Of a DNA stretch of 64,000 nucleotides, positions 41,972 to 54,186 are shown piece after piece (positions within the stretch are counted from its first letter, which is position 1; each line of letters opens with the position of its first letter). The notes under the pieces were generated by a model. The model saw only the letters and a program-made list of their open reading frames with translations, had not been told where the DNA came from and did no database searches. Source of the DNA: an uncultured Planctomycetaceae bacterium (GTDB lineage Bacteria; Planctomycetota; Planctomycetia; Planctomycetales; Planctomycetaceae); NCBI GenBank assembly GCA_963815195.1, contig CAWFGE010000013.1:576001-640000 (forward strand), read 5' to 3'. The position numbers and the translations under genes are program-made.

Positions 41972-41999
41972 ACCAGGGGGCTTACGCCCCCCGCTCGCC
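41972..41999 (-). repeat. REP copy next to the lysS stop codon
   Basis: ACCAGGGGGCTTACGCCCCCCGCTCGCC. Confidence 0.92.
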
Positions 42000-42000
42000 T

Positions 42001-43588
42001 TTAGGTGCCTTCCGGCCTTAACAGCGGAAAGAAGATCACATCCCGGATGCTTTGGCTGTTGGTGAGCAGCATCACCAGCCGGTCGATGCCGATGCCCAGG
42101 CCGCCGGCGGGGGGCATGCCGACTTTTAAGGCGCGGATGAAATCGTGATCCATCTTGGCCATCGAGTCTTCCTCAGGCAGCCCCGCGAGTTGGGTGCGGA
42201 ACAGTTCTTCCTGGAGCCTAGGGTCGTTGAGACTCGGTGTAGGCGTTCGCGAGTTCCATGCTTTGCACGAACAACTCAAACCGCTCGGCCACGCTGGGAT
42301 CATCCGCTTTGCGCTTGGTCAGCGGGCAAATGCTCGCGGGGTAATCGATGACAAAGGTCGGATTCTTCAGATGCTCTTCGACCGTGGCTTCAAAGACTTC
42401 GTTGACGACGACGTCGGGATGGACTTCTGAATTGTCCATCCGCTCGATGAGTTCCTTGCCGATCTTTCCATGCTGAGCCAACTCGTGGGCCTTCTTGGAA
42501 ACGGCGGCCGTGTCGCTCATTTCGCAGCCAGCGTGTTCGCGGAATAGATCGGCATATTTCAAGCGCGGCCAGGGCGGCGTGAAATCGATTTGATCCTCGC
42601 CCCAGGAAAAGACTAATGATTCTTCCAGGTGAGCGGGGGGCGTAAGCCCCCTGGTTGTCGCGGATGCAGATCCATCGGAAGAAACCAGGGGGCTGACACC
42701 CCCCGCTCGCCTGGTCGCGCGGGCGGCGTTTACGATGATGGCCTCGGTCAAATCCATCATCGTTTCGTAGTTGCCGTAGGCCTGGTAGATTTCGATCATC
42801 GTGAACTCGGGGTTGTGCGTCGTGTCGATGCCTTCGTTGCGAAACACGCGCCCGATCTCGTAAACCCGCTCGATGCCGCCCACCATCAGCCGCTTGAGGT
42901 GCAGTTCCAAAGCGATCCGCAGGAACAGATTCATATCCAGCGTGTTGTGGTGCGTGATGAACGGCCGGGCGGCGGCACCGCCGGCGATGGCATGCAGCAC
43001 CGGCGTTTCCACTTCGTGGAAGTCCCGCTCAGTCAGCGTTTGGCGGATGGAATTGATGATCCGCGTGCGGCCGAGCATTCGCTCCAAGACGCCGTCGTTA
43101 TAAATCAGATCGATATACCGCTGCCGAAGCAGCATCTCCGTATCTTTGGCTCCGTGGAATTTCTCCGGCGGCTGGCTTAACGACTTACAAAGGATCGTCA
43201 GGTCCCGAACGAAGATCGAAATCTCGCCGGTGTCGGTTCGGCGGAGCGCGCCGTCGACGCCGATGAGATCACCCAGGTCCAACTGTCCCATCAGTTCCCA
43301 TTGCTCGTCGGACAAGTCGCCGCGCGAGAACAGGAGTTGAATCTTGCCAGTGTAATCTTGAATGTCATAAAACCTGAGCTTGCCGGCTTTGCGGCGGAGC
43401 ATGATCCGCCCCGCGACCCGCACGTTTTCGCCTTGGGTGCCCGCTTCCGTTGGGGCTTTCGCGCGGACTTGGGCGATGGGCTGGTGATCGTCGAACCGGC
43501 GGCCGAACGGATCGTGTCCCAACTCGACGATCCGGTCGAGTTTCTTCAGGCGTTCCTTTTCAAAGCGGTCAATTTTCTCGGCGGACAT
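42001..43588 (-). CDS. lysS: Lysine--tRNA ligase, class II (apparent +1 frameshift near 42232; in-frame REP doublet inside)
   Basis: OB-fold [72 protein letters not shown]. Confidence 0.96.
42625..42714. repeat. REP doublet (REPIN) inserted in frame in lysS
   Basis: Forward REP 42628-42655 and reverse REP 42684-42711; 90 bp from CCAGG to CCTGG; translated as [29 protein letters not shown]. Confidence 0.92.
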
Positions 43589-43840
43589 CAGGGCAGTCGA
43601 TTTCTCTTGGCAGTCGTTGTTTTCGTGAATTCAATGGTTTGGACACCAAAACCCGGTCTGGGGAACGCCGGGAATTGGGGAAAGTCGGCAAATCATGGAA
43701 AAAAGTTCAAAATCCGTCAATGGCAAGTCCGGATACCTGCGAACATAGAGAATCCCGGGGAAACTGGGAAGCGCAAAGTCCCTGCGTGCCGCAGGAAACC
43801 TTGCCGGAGGACCGAGCCGGCTGGTTGGCGAGCGTGATCT

Positions 43841-43915
43841 GTAACCCGAAGCGCAAGTTTTGAAGTTGCGCTGTTTTAGCCACGAAGTGGCGACAGCACA
43901 TAGCCTTGGGCGTGA
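43841..43915. repeat. Composite fragments of other REP-like palindromes
   Basis: AACCCGAAGCGCAA..TTGCGCT hairpin followed by GCCACGAAGTGGC hairpin and TAGCCTTGGGCGTGA. Confidence 0.45.
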
Positions 43916-44335
43916 TGTCTTCCCGCATCCGATCGCTGCGTCTGGCCAACCTCTGGCCACGTCCGCACGGCGTTCGCCCGCGGGCCTACACACCTCTCCC
44001 ACGTCACGCCCATGAGCAACTGGTTCTTCGGGACTGAGCAGCCCCGCCGTGGCATCCGCCTTTCTGTTTCTTTCCTTCACTCACCCTAGGATCGCCAGGC
44101 CCCAGGGGGGAAAGGGGGCGGTTCGCCCATCATCCGATCCCCAACCCGCGCCGCGCACTTTCCGCCACGGAGATACTCACCACACACGAACCTGATGAAT
44201 AATTCGGGTTCAAGATCAATAGTTTAAGATCAAGCAAACTCCCATCTTAAGAACGGCGTTGCATGCCACCCCGTCGCACATGGCGAGATACAGGACACCA
44301 TTCGCGAAACAGGGCGATGAGTAGCCGGTCGGCGT

Positions 44336-47300
44336 TCACCTTCGCGAAGATATTGTACTTTCCGTAGTGAAATTCTGGCTGGATCGATCCTGGTCCGCAG
44401 CAGCGCACCACAGTTTGATCGTGCGATCGATACTGCCCGTGGCCAAGGTCTTGCCGTCGGGCGCGATCGCCACGGAGATCACGCGATCGCGATGCCCCAA
44501 GAGCGTCATGCGTTCCTGACCTGTCGGCACGTCCCAAAGCTTGACCGTCCCATCGTCACACCCCGAGACGATCGTTTGACCGTCTGGAAAAATCGCCAAC
44601 GCCGTGATTCGAGCCGTGTGACCACGAAAATCGGCCAACAGCCTCCCCGTACTCGCATCCCAGGCCCATAAAAAGCCATAGGTCCCACCGGTCACCACCG
44701 TCTTGCCATCCGGAGAGACAACCAGAGCCCAAGTTCCCCTCGTCTCCCCCGTCGCATCACATCGCTGAGTTCGTGTGAGCGTTTGCGGATCCCAAAAATC
44801 GACCCATCCCAAATCGTCGGCGGTAATTATTCTCTTTCCGTCAGGCGAGTAAGCCAATGCAGTAACTGCGCTCCCACCCGGTGCTTTGAATGTCGCCCGC
44901 AATTTGCGGCTTTCGAGATCCCACAGGTTCATTTCGCAGGTCACAGAAGAGACCACCAAAGTTTTTTCGTCGGGCGAGAGCACCATGGACCAGAGCGCCA
45001 TGGGGATTGTCAATCGAAGCCAGTTCCTCGCGAGTGACGACATCCCAAAGCTTGAGCGGCCCCTTGAGACTCCCAGCAGCTAGATGGCGGCTGTCCCGAG
45101 AGAACGTGACCCACGAGATGAAATCCCCCTGGCAATCGAAGGTCGCTTGAGTTTCTCCCGTGACGGGATTGCAGATTCTGATCGTCCGGTCATTTGCCGA
45201 GTAGGCCAAAGTTTTTCCATCGGGAGAAAACGCAATGCCGGCTCGACCGGCTTTATGCCCTTGGATGGTCAGTTCATCCGGTTTTAGATTGACATCCCAG
45301 AGTTTGATGGTCTTGTCAAAACTTACGGAGGCCAGGGTTTTTCCGTCGGGGGAGAAACGGACGCCCGATATTTGGTTGAGGTGGGCCATTGTCCGAGACT
45401 TTCCTGTCTCAGGCTCCCAGAGCCTCACGGTTCGATCGTAGCAGCCCATGGCCAGTGTCTTGCCGTCAGGAGAATAGGCAACCGCGGAAATCTCGGCGAC
45501 TTGCGTATCGTACACGGCGATCTCGGCTTTCGTCGCCACATCGAGAATTCGGAGAGTGCGGTTCCATCCCGCATCCGAAGTGGCCGCCAATCTTGTCCCA
45601 TCGGGGGAGAAGGCGACGGCCCAAGCGCCTCGCCATTCGTGGATCAATTGCGGGGGTGCGGTTGCCAAGTTCCACAATTTGGTTTTGGAAGTATGCCAAG
45701 CCGAAGTCGAAGCCAATTTCGTGCCGTCCGGCGAAAACGCCACGCAGTGAACCTCCTCATTTACCTGGAGCGTTTGACGCACGGTTCCCGTCGCGAGATC
45801 CCAGAGTTCGAGCGAAGAACTACCCACCGCCAAAGTTTGGCCGTCCGGGGAAAACGCCAAGGAACGTACCGGCCCCGTCAAACATCTGAGGGTTGCCGTC
45901 TGCTGCCAGGTCGCCACGTCCCAGAGTTTGATTGTCCGATCATTTCCGCCGGTCGCCAGCACCTGGCCATCGGGAGAGAATGCCACACACCAAACCCAGG
46001 ACCGATGGCCCTGGAGTGATACCAGTTCTTTCCCGGTCTTGGCGTCCCAGACCTTCACTATCGAATCCTTACCACCCGAAGCCAGTTTCGTTCCGTCTGG
46101 GGAAAACGCCACCGAGGCCAGGGGTCCCGTGTGTCCCGTCAAGGTGAGACGGTGAGCCCGATGGCATAGCCGCCACAGGTAATACCATTCAAAGGTTCGC
46201 AGATCTTCTTGTGTCCCCTGGGGCCGCAGGCTTTCCAGCAAGTCCAGCACGCGGGTGACATGCCCCTTTTCCCAAGCCTGATGTGCCAGGTTGATCTGTG
46301 AGGCGTAAAGCCTCCGACGGCCCAGCAAGTCTGAGTCCCGCGCCTTGTCTCGTTCCACGTTTGCGAGCTGACTCTGCTTCTCAGCCTCCATGCGGAGTTG
46401 ATCCGCGAGTGTTGCATTGGCCTCGGCTTCCTTTTTCCGCTGATCCGCGTCACTTCGGGCGACTTCGGCCCGCTGTTGGGCTTGCTCGGCTTCCACTGCG
46501 TTTTCTCTGGCAAGTTGTGCTTGTTGCATGGCGATTGCCTTCTCGCGAAATGCCTCGTCAGAATTGTCATCGGCGCCTGTCGATGAAACGCTTCGGATTC
46601 CGCACGACGTCCGGCTTCAATGGCGAAGTACGAGGAGACAACAACGCCGATCACAAGGCACAGTGCAATGGTCGCCAGCAAGCTAGCGACTGCAGAATTT
46701 CGATGGCACCATCTCCAGGTTCGCTCAATGGCATTTATGGGCCGAGCCACAATGGGTTCGCTGCGCAGAAATCGGCCGAGGTCATCGGCGAGGAGTTGCG
46801 CTGTGCCGTAACGGCGGTGCGGTTCCTTCTCCAGGCACTTCAGGCAGATCGTTTCCAGATCGCGGGGAATCTTGGGGTTCAACAATCGCGGCGAGGCGGC
46901 TTCAATGTGGATCACTTGCTGAATGGTCTCGACAACTGACGCGGCCCGGAACGGCGGGCGGCCCGTGAGGCATTCATAAAGGATTGCGCCTAACGAGTAC
47001 ACATCGCTGCTGGGACCGATGAGGCTTCGAAGACCTTGGGCTTGCTCGGGGGGCATGTAACTCGGCGTGCCCACGATTTGGCCGGTGCGGGTCAGGTCGC
47101 TGTTTTCCTCGACTCGCGTCGCCAATCCGAAGTCGGTGATCCAGGCCTGGTCTAGCGCGTCGATCAGCACGTTCGAGGGTTTTAGATCGCGATGCAGCGT
47201 CCCTTTCTGGTGGGCATAGTGGATCGCTTCGGCCAGTTGGCGGACATAGATCGCGGCTTTTTGAGGCGACAACAGGTTCTCGCGGAGCAGCGCCGACAGG

Positions 47301-47827
47301 TCGTGGCCCGCGACGTAGTCCATCGAAAAAAATTGGCAGCCCTCGTGTTGGCCCACTTCGTGGATCGCGACAATATGCGGGTGCTGCAAACTGGCCGCCG
47401 CCTGCGCTTCCGTCTGAAACCGCTTGACATCCTCTAGGGTGGCCAGTCTCCCCGAGGCGATCATTTTCACGGCCACGATGCGTCCCAGCGTTTTTTGCCG
47501 GGCCTTGAATACCACTCCCATCCCGCCGCGGGCGATCTCTTCCAAGAGTTCATAGTCGCCAAAATAACCGATCGACTGCCCCGGCCGAATAGCGTTGTTC
47601 AGCGACTGGCCAAACCCGCGAATCGGCTCCGCCAACCGATCGATGCGATCCCGCTGAGCGAAGAACGTTTGCAGATCGTCCGCAAGCTCTGGATGGCGTT
47701 CCAGAATCTCCTGACGATTCGGCGGATTGCCGGTTTCGCAGGCGCGAATGTAATCGGCGATCACCGCCTCCAACTGTTGTTCGCGATTCTCATCTTCCTC
47801 GGATTTTTTTCCCTGGACTTTAGACAT
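44336..47827 (-). CDS. Ser/Thr protein kinase with TM helix, coiled coil and WD40 repeats (apparent frameshifts near 46573 and 45000)
   Basis: IARGGMGVV, VAVK, HRDLKPSN, DFG, GTPSYMPPE; three consecutive ORFs continue as GH..VAFSPDG..WD repeats. Confidence 0.9.
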
Positions 47828-47833
47828 CGCCCA

Positions 47834-48394
47834 TTACTCGCACAAGAGGGTTTGCAGGGTTTTCAGCCCGCGAAACAATAGCCCCGCCACCGACGATTCG
47901 CTCCGGCCCATCTCCCCCGCTACCTCGGCCAGCGTTAGGCCTTGCAAATGGTGCAGCACGATCGCATCGTGCTGGGGTTCCGCCAATTCAGTCAGGGCCT
48001 GGGCCAACCGCAACAGGTCCTCTTCCTTGATTGCCCTTTGACTGGGCGATGACTGCACGGCGGCCAGCCAGATCATGGTGCGGTCATATGACTCGTCGAT
48101 CGCGCCGTCCAGCGACAGTTCCCGGCGGACATCGCGTTTATCTCGCCGTTGATCGCGGAGGGCATCCGCCAGATTGTGCTTTAAGATTTCCCGCAGCCAA
48201 CCGGCCAACTCAGCCTGACTGGAACCGCGAAATTGCCCGCGCTTGGCAAAGGCATCCAGCAGGGTTTGTTGCACGATGTCCGATGGATCGAGTTTCGCCT
48301 GATGGCCGGAGTGGAGATGCGTCCGCGCCAGCAGTGTGAGATAGGGGCGGAACGACTCCAACCCCTGTCCCTGATCTTCGAATTGTGGTTTCAT
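47834..48394 (-). CDS. ECF sigma-70 factor (planctomycete kinase-associated type)
   Basis: YLTLLAR..KLDPSDIVQQT; FRG..ELAGWLREIL; KRDVRRE; SPSQ; region 4 HTH; 6 bp upstream of the kinase. Confidence 0.92.
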   Translation of the reverse strand: MKPQFEDQGQGLESFRPYLTLLARTHLHSGHQAKLDPSDIVQQTLLDAFAKRGQFRGSSQAELAGWLREILKHNLADALRDQRRDKRDVRRELSLDGAIDESYDRTMIWLAAVQSSPSQRAIKEEDLLRLAQALTELAEPQHDAIVLHHLQGLTLAEVAGEMGRSESSVAGLLFRGLKTLQTLLCE

Positions 48395-48470
48395 GCAAGG
48401 GTGGCCGGAAAGGCGCGGGCCAAAGCTGGGATTCACTATGACAGAGTTGTCGGTCCGCAGCAATACCCAA

Positions 48471-49043
48471 CTATTCACCATGTTGTTTGCGGAGGAATTC
48501 GAGAACCACTTGGCTGTCTTTCACAGGCGACGACTGGGTCTCCCGATAAAGGATTTTTCCATCCGTGCCGACAATGAATGTCCAACGTGCCGCTGAAAAC
48601 TTGCGAGGGATTCTGACCGCATTGCCTTCTCGGTCAATCGCCATTGCCTTGCCGCCGGCTCGCAAGGGCACGCCAAACTTCTTTGCCACACTGCCGTCGC
48701 CATCGGACAGGAGCGTGAAAGTCAACTCGTTTTTCATCTTGAAGAGTTGATGGGCCTGAACGGCATCGCCGCTGATCCCAATCACCTCCGCACACTGCTT
48801 GCCCAAATCCTTTTGATCTTTCTGATAACAACGGGCCTGCCGGGTGCAGCAGAACGCGAAGTCGCTGGGGTAAAAGTAGATCACAAGCGGGTGCTGGCCG
48901 ATGTGGTCCCGCGAATTCCAAACTTTGCCCTGGTCGTCCAGGCACTGAAACTCGGGCATCACGTCACCCACGTCAGCGGCGCGACCGCTCTCTACCCAGA
49001 CAACAATCGCTAGAAACAACACGACCATGATGAGATTTCGCAT
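48471..49043 (-). CDS. Exported peroxiredoxin-like protein (BCP/PrxQ, AhpC-TSA) with atypical active-site motif
   Basis: Signal peptide; VIYFYPSDFAFCCTRQA; VIGISGD; FTLLSD; RWTFIV. Confidence 0.85.
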   Translation of the reverse strand: MRNLIMVVLFLAIVVWVESGRAADVGDVMPEFQCLDDQGKVWNSRDHIGQHPLVIYFYPSDFAFCCTRQARCYQKDQKDLGKQCAEVIGISGDAVQAHQLFKMKNELTFTLLSDGDGSVAKKFGVPLRAGGKAMAIDREGNAVRIPRKFSAARWTFIVGTDGKILYRETQSSPVKDSQVVLEFLRKQHGE

Positions 49044-49384
49044 GACTTGCCCTTTTCTGAGACCAACGACACCGGACGGGAGATCGCCTCTATTCTTCCA
49101 GACGCCATCGAATGTCCAGCGGAGCGCGGAAATCTAGAATAATCTGGGCCATCAGGATCTGCAGGATTCAGAATAAATGTTCATGCAGACGTGGCAATCG
49201 CGGTCGCTTGGCCCCGAAACTCGCGTTTGAAACAGGGAATGGTGGGCCAATCGAAACATCCAAACCCCTGGCGTTCGTGCCGTAATTTCTTTAAGTCGCT
49301 TGCGGAAGTGCGTGCGCACATCGCGGACCGGGGGTGTCCGCAGACAGTTGAGCGAATCCTTTCAGCGCACCGACTCGACAGGAT

Positions 49385-49572
49385 TCACGCCTCAAACGAG
49401 TTTGGGCCACCCAACCGCATTTCCTTCCACATCTCCCGCTGCCTCTCCCAATCCACTTCCGCCGCAACCGGTCTCAGCATTTTTTCATGAACCGACTCCT
49501 TGCCAGACATCACCCGCGGCAGAAACAAGATCTGTTCTTGAATCTCCGGCGTCAAATACAAAAGATGCTGAT
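49385..49572 (-). pseudogene. 3' remnant of a small conserved gene of the kind found beside serine recombinase/DUF2924 modules
   Basis: LLYLTPEIQEQILFLPRV..G.E.VHE..LRPVAAEVDWERQREMW with no recognisable N-terminal half; family assignment from memory. Confidence 0.55.
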
Positions 49573-49948
49573 TATCACGTTTTATGGGGGGGCTCTGTAT
49601 CCGCCGCATGAGGCGGAGATGAGGAGGTTTTCTTTTTCCTTGGAACATTCCTTTGCGCCCCAGCCACCCTGCCGCTTGCGGTGTGGAGTTCAGTGATACG
49701 TCGCATGAACATCAGGTTGCGGAATTTAAGAGATTGGCGATGGCATTGGCATATCCGCCACGGGTCGGCCGCCAGGCCAAGACTCTGGATGGCCCTGTGC
49801 CCATCCCAGCGGAGTTTGCCCCTCCCTCGTCTGGAAAAAACGCTATAGACACTTGTGGAAACATCGATGTGTAGACATAATTCACTCATTCACCCGTCAC
49901 GCATTCCGTTCCGAATTTCACCTCTTCCATTCCTTTCGGAGGCGTGCC

Positions 49949-50982
49949 ATGTCCATTGGTCAAATCTCGCAGTTTCGTTTGAAGAGACGTTTTCGAGCCT
50001 TCACCCTCATTGAGTTGTTGGTGGTAATTGCGATTATCGCCATCTTAATTGCCCTGTTGCTGCCCGCGGTTCAGCAGGGCGCGAAGCGGCCCGCCGGTCA
50101 AGTTGCAAAAACAACATGAAGCAGATCGGCCTGGCGTTGGCGAACTATCACGATGTCCACAGCCGATTTCCCATCGGAGAAACCGGTGCAGGCATTTCCA
50201 ACCGGGACGGAGGCGGCCGCTGGCATGGTCCCAACTGGCGGGTGTTCATTCTTCCGATGATGGATCAAAACCCCATTTACAAGAAATTCTCGTTTGGCCG
50301 CACCTTCGACGCTGGCCGACCTGGCGTGGGGGCGAGCAGCAGTAATCCCAATAAGATTCTGATTGGGTTTACGATGACCGTTTACAAATGCCCTTCGAGC
50401 GCGGCCCCTATTAACGGCCTCAACCGATCCCCCAGCCCGACGAACAATAATAAACACAACACGATGCTGATCGATTACGTCGGCATGGCCGGCGCCACGG
50501 GCCAAAACGGATTTTCCGTCACAGGGCAATGTTCCCGCCAAACAGGTTACGGGGGGATTTATTGCAACAACGGGATTCTGGCCCCGAACGATAGCTTCGC
50601 GTTTCGGGACATTATCGACGGCCCGTCCAACACGATCATCGTGGCCGAACAATCCGGGATGATAAACAACTTGTACGACATTCGCAGCAATTACTACGGC
50701 GGATGGTGCGGACATACGGATTCTCGAAAAGCTCCCCAGATGACCGGCAGCCCGTGGGGCAGCGGAACCACGGCCGTCCGCTATCAAATCAATACCACCT
50801 CGCGCCCCGGAGGGGCTAACAGCACCTGGGACGCGAACACGATCCTCAATTCATTCCATGTCGGAGGCATCCACGTCGCTTTGGCGGATGGCAGCGTTCG
50901 ATTTGTTTCGGAGAACATCAATATGTTGACGCTGAGACGCTTGGCTTCCAAACAAGATGGCCAACCGATCGGACAGTTCTAG
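49949..50982 (+). CDS. DUF1559 prepilin-type N-terminal cleavage/methylation protein (apparent frameshift near 50078)
   Basis: [27 protein letters not shown]; adding one base restores [47 protein letters not shown] (H-X9-DG). Confidence 0.93.
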
Positions 50983-51018
50983 CCGACCGTTTTCGCCCCA
51001 TCCTTAGCAATTCTTGAT

Positions 51019-51054
51019 GGGAAGTCGGGCAATTCCATCATTGCCCGACTTCCC
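51019..51054. terminator. Perfect 15-bp hairpin downstream of DUF1559, between convergent genes
   Basis: GGGAAGTCGGGCAAT-TCCATC-ATTGCCCGACTTCCC; no strong U-tract. Confidence 0.55.
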
Positions 51055-51372
51055 GGTCGTGGGCCTTTCATCGTCTGCGATTAAAGACACTTCCCCTTTT
51101 TGTTTGAATCCGCATCCCTCCTGAGATTCCTCTGACCTGAGAACTGGTTATCCTCCCCCGAAAAGCGTCGGCACCTGTCGCAAGACGGATGTCGCGTTCT
51201 CGCCCTCACAAAAACTCTCCATTCCCTCTGCTTTGCATCATCTGGGGCCCGAGCCTTCCATTTCACCATCGGGGCATCGAACGGCCATCCGCTTCATTCC
51301 AGCGATGGAAACTGACTCGAACGTGTTGATAAGTAATCGTAGGGCAGGCTCCTGCCGGGTCCTGACCAGCCC

Positions 51373-52836
<1,464 letters not shown>

Positions 52837-52864
52837 GGAGCGAACTCTCTTTTAAGAATGTCCC

Positions 52865-52988
52865 GGCGAGCGGCCAGCGTAAGCTGGCTGGTGACTCACG
52901 ATTGCTTGTGTTGGGTTACTTTTTTATGTTTCCAAAGGCGCGTTTTCTGGATTGCAACGAACCAGGGGGCTTACGCCCCCCGCTCGCC
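52865..52988. repeat. REP doublet between mrp and the sulfatase
   Basis: Forward variant GGCGAGC GGCCAGC GTAA GCTGGCT GGT (52865-52892); canonical reverse copy 52961-52988. Confidence 0.9.
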
Positions 52989-52990
52989 AA

Positions 52991-54064
52991 TTACAGAATC
53001 TCCAGCGTGGGCATTGTGGGGGTGTCCAATAGGGTCCGCGCGATTTCGATCGCCATTCGCTCGGTGGCGTGGAGCAAAGGTTGGCGGGCGGGATTGCCTT
53101 CGTCGAACAGGGCCGAGATTTTGCCTTCATCGCCTCGGATGCGGATTTGGGCTTCGGTCGGCACTTCACCCAGGAACGGGACCTTGAGTTGCTCGGCTTT
53201 GGCTTTCGCGCCGCCTCGGCCGAAGATTTCCCCCGACATGTTCTCGACGATCCCCAGGACGGGGATCTTCACTTGATGGAACATGTCAATCGCCCGCACC
53301 GCATCGAGGAGCGCCACTTGTTGCGGCGTGCAGACGATGACGGCTCCCGCGAGTCCCAAGAGTTGGGAGAGCGTAAGGGAAACGTCCCCGGTGCCGGGCG
53401 GCATGTCGATGATGAGATAATCCAACTCGCCCCATTCGGTGTCTTTGAGGAATTGCGTCAGGGTTTTGTGGAGCATCGGCCCGCGCCATACGATGGCTTG
53501 CTCCGGGCGGACGAAAAAGCCGATGGACTGCACCTTGATGCCGTCCACGTCGTGCGGCTGGATGCGGACCAGGCCCGGTTGCGGTTCGGTGACATCCGGC
53601 TGGCCGGAGATGTTGAGCATGTGGGGAATGCTCGGGCCATACACATCGGCATCCAAAAGCCCGACTTTGGCTCCGTAATGATTGAGGCCGTAGGCCAAAG
53701 TCGCGGCGAGCGTGCTTTTGCCGACGCCGCCTTTGCCGCTGCCCACGGCGACGACGTTTTTCACGCGGAGTCCAATGGTGCCGCCGGTGTTCTTGCCGCG
53801 GACTTTCCAGGGAAACGTGACTTCGACGTTCTTCACGTCCGGGAATTTTGCGGTGAGGGCGGCTCTGATGTCCGAGGAAATCTTGTCTTTGGAGTCTTGC
53901 GGGTAGGCGGGCGTGGGGAGTTCCACGGCGACCTCCACGCGGCCGGCTTCCTGGATTTTCGCCTCTTTGAGCATATGCAAATCGGCCAGCGATTTGCCGA
54001 ACTCGGGCTCTTGGACCGCGTGCAAACTGCTCAGGATTTGGGATTCGGTGAGGGTTTCGCTCAT
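52991..54064 (-). CDS. mrp: Mrp/NBP35 (ApbC) Fe-S cluster carrier ATPase
   Basis: N-terminal DUF59-like domain; SGKGGVGKST; LDADVYGPSIP; WRGPM; DMPPGTGD; GIVENMS. Confidence 0.93.
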   Translation of the reverse strand: MSETLTESQILSSLHAVQEPEFGKSLADLHMLKEAKIQEAGRVEVAVELPTPAYPQDSKDKISSDIRAALTAKFPDVKNVEVTFPWKVRGKNTGGTIGLRVKNVVAVGSGKGGVGKSTLAATLAYGLNHYGAKVGLLDADVYGPSIPHMLNISGQPDVTEPQPGLVRIQPHDVDGIKVQSIGFFVRPEQAIVWRGPMLHKTLTQFLKDTEWGELDYLIIDMPPGTGDVSLTLSQLLGLAGAVIVCTPQQVALLDAVRAIDMFHQVKIPVLGIVENMSGEIFGRGGAKAKAEQLKVPFLGEVPTEAQIRIRGDEGKISALFDEGNPARQPLLHATERMAIEIARTLLDTPTMPTLEIL

Positions 54065-54186
54065 GATGAGATTTCTGGTTCTGAAGATTGTGTTGACTGA
54101 GTTATTTTGATCAACGGGAACTCGCTGGCGTCCGGTTCTCGGGTGAACCGGGGCGGACCACCCTGCGGGCGGTGCCCCTCCTGTGG

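Noticed and set aside
43920..44160. Group II intron 5' end (GTGCG on the minus strand) or IS91-like end
   Set aside because: No domain V/VI, reverse transcriptase or transposase is visible
51180..51300. WD40-like peptide fragments (TDVAFSP, SISPSG) in the spacer
   Set aside because: Too short to distinguish from chance
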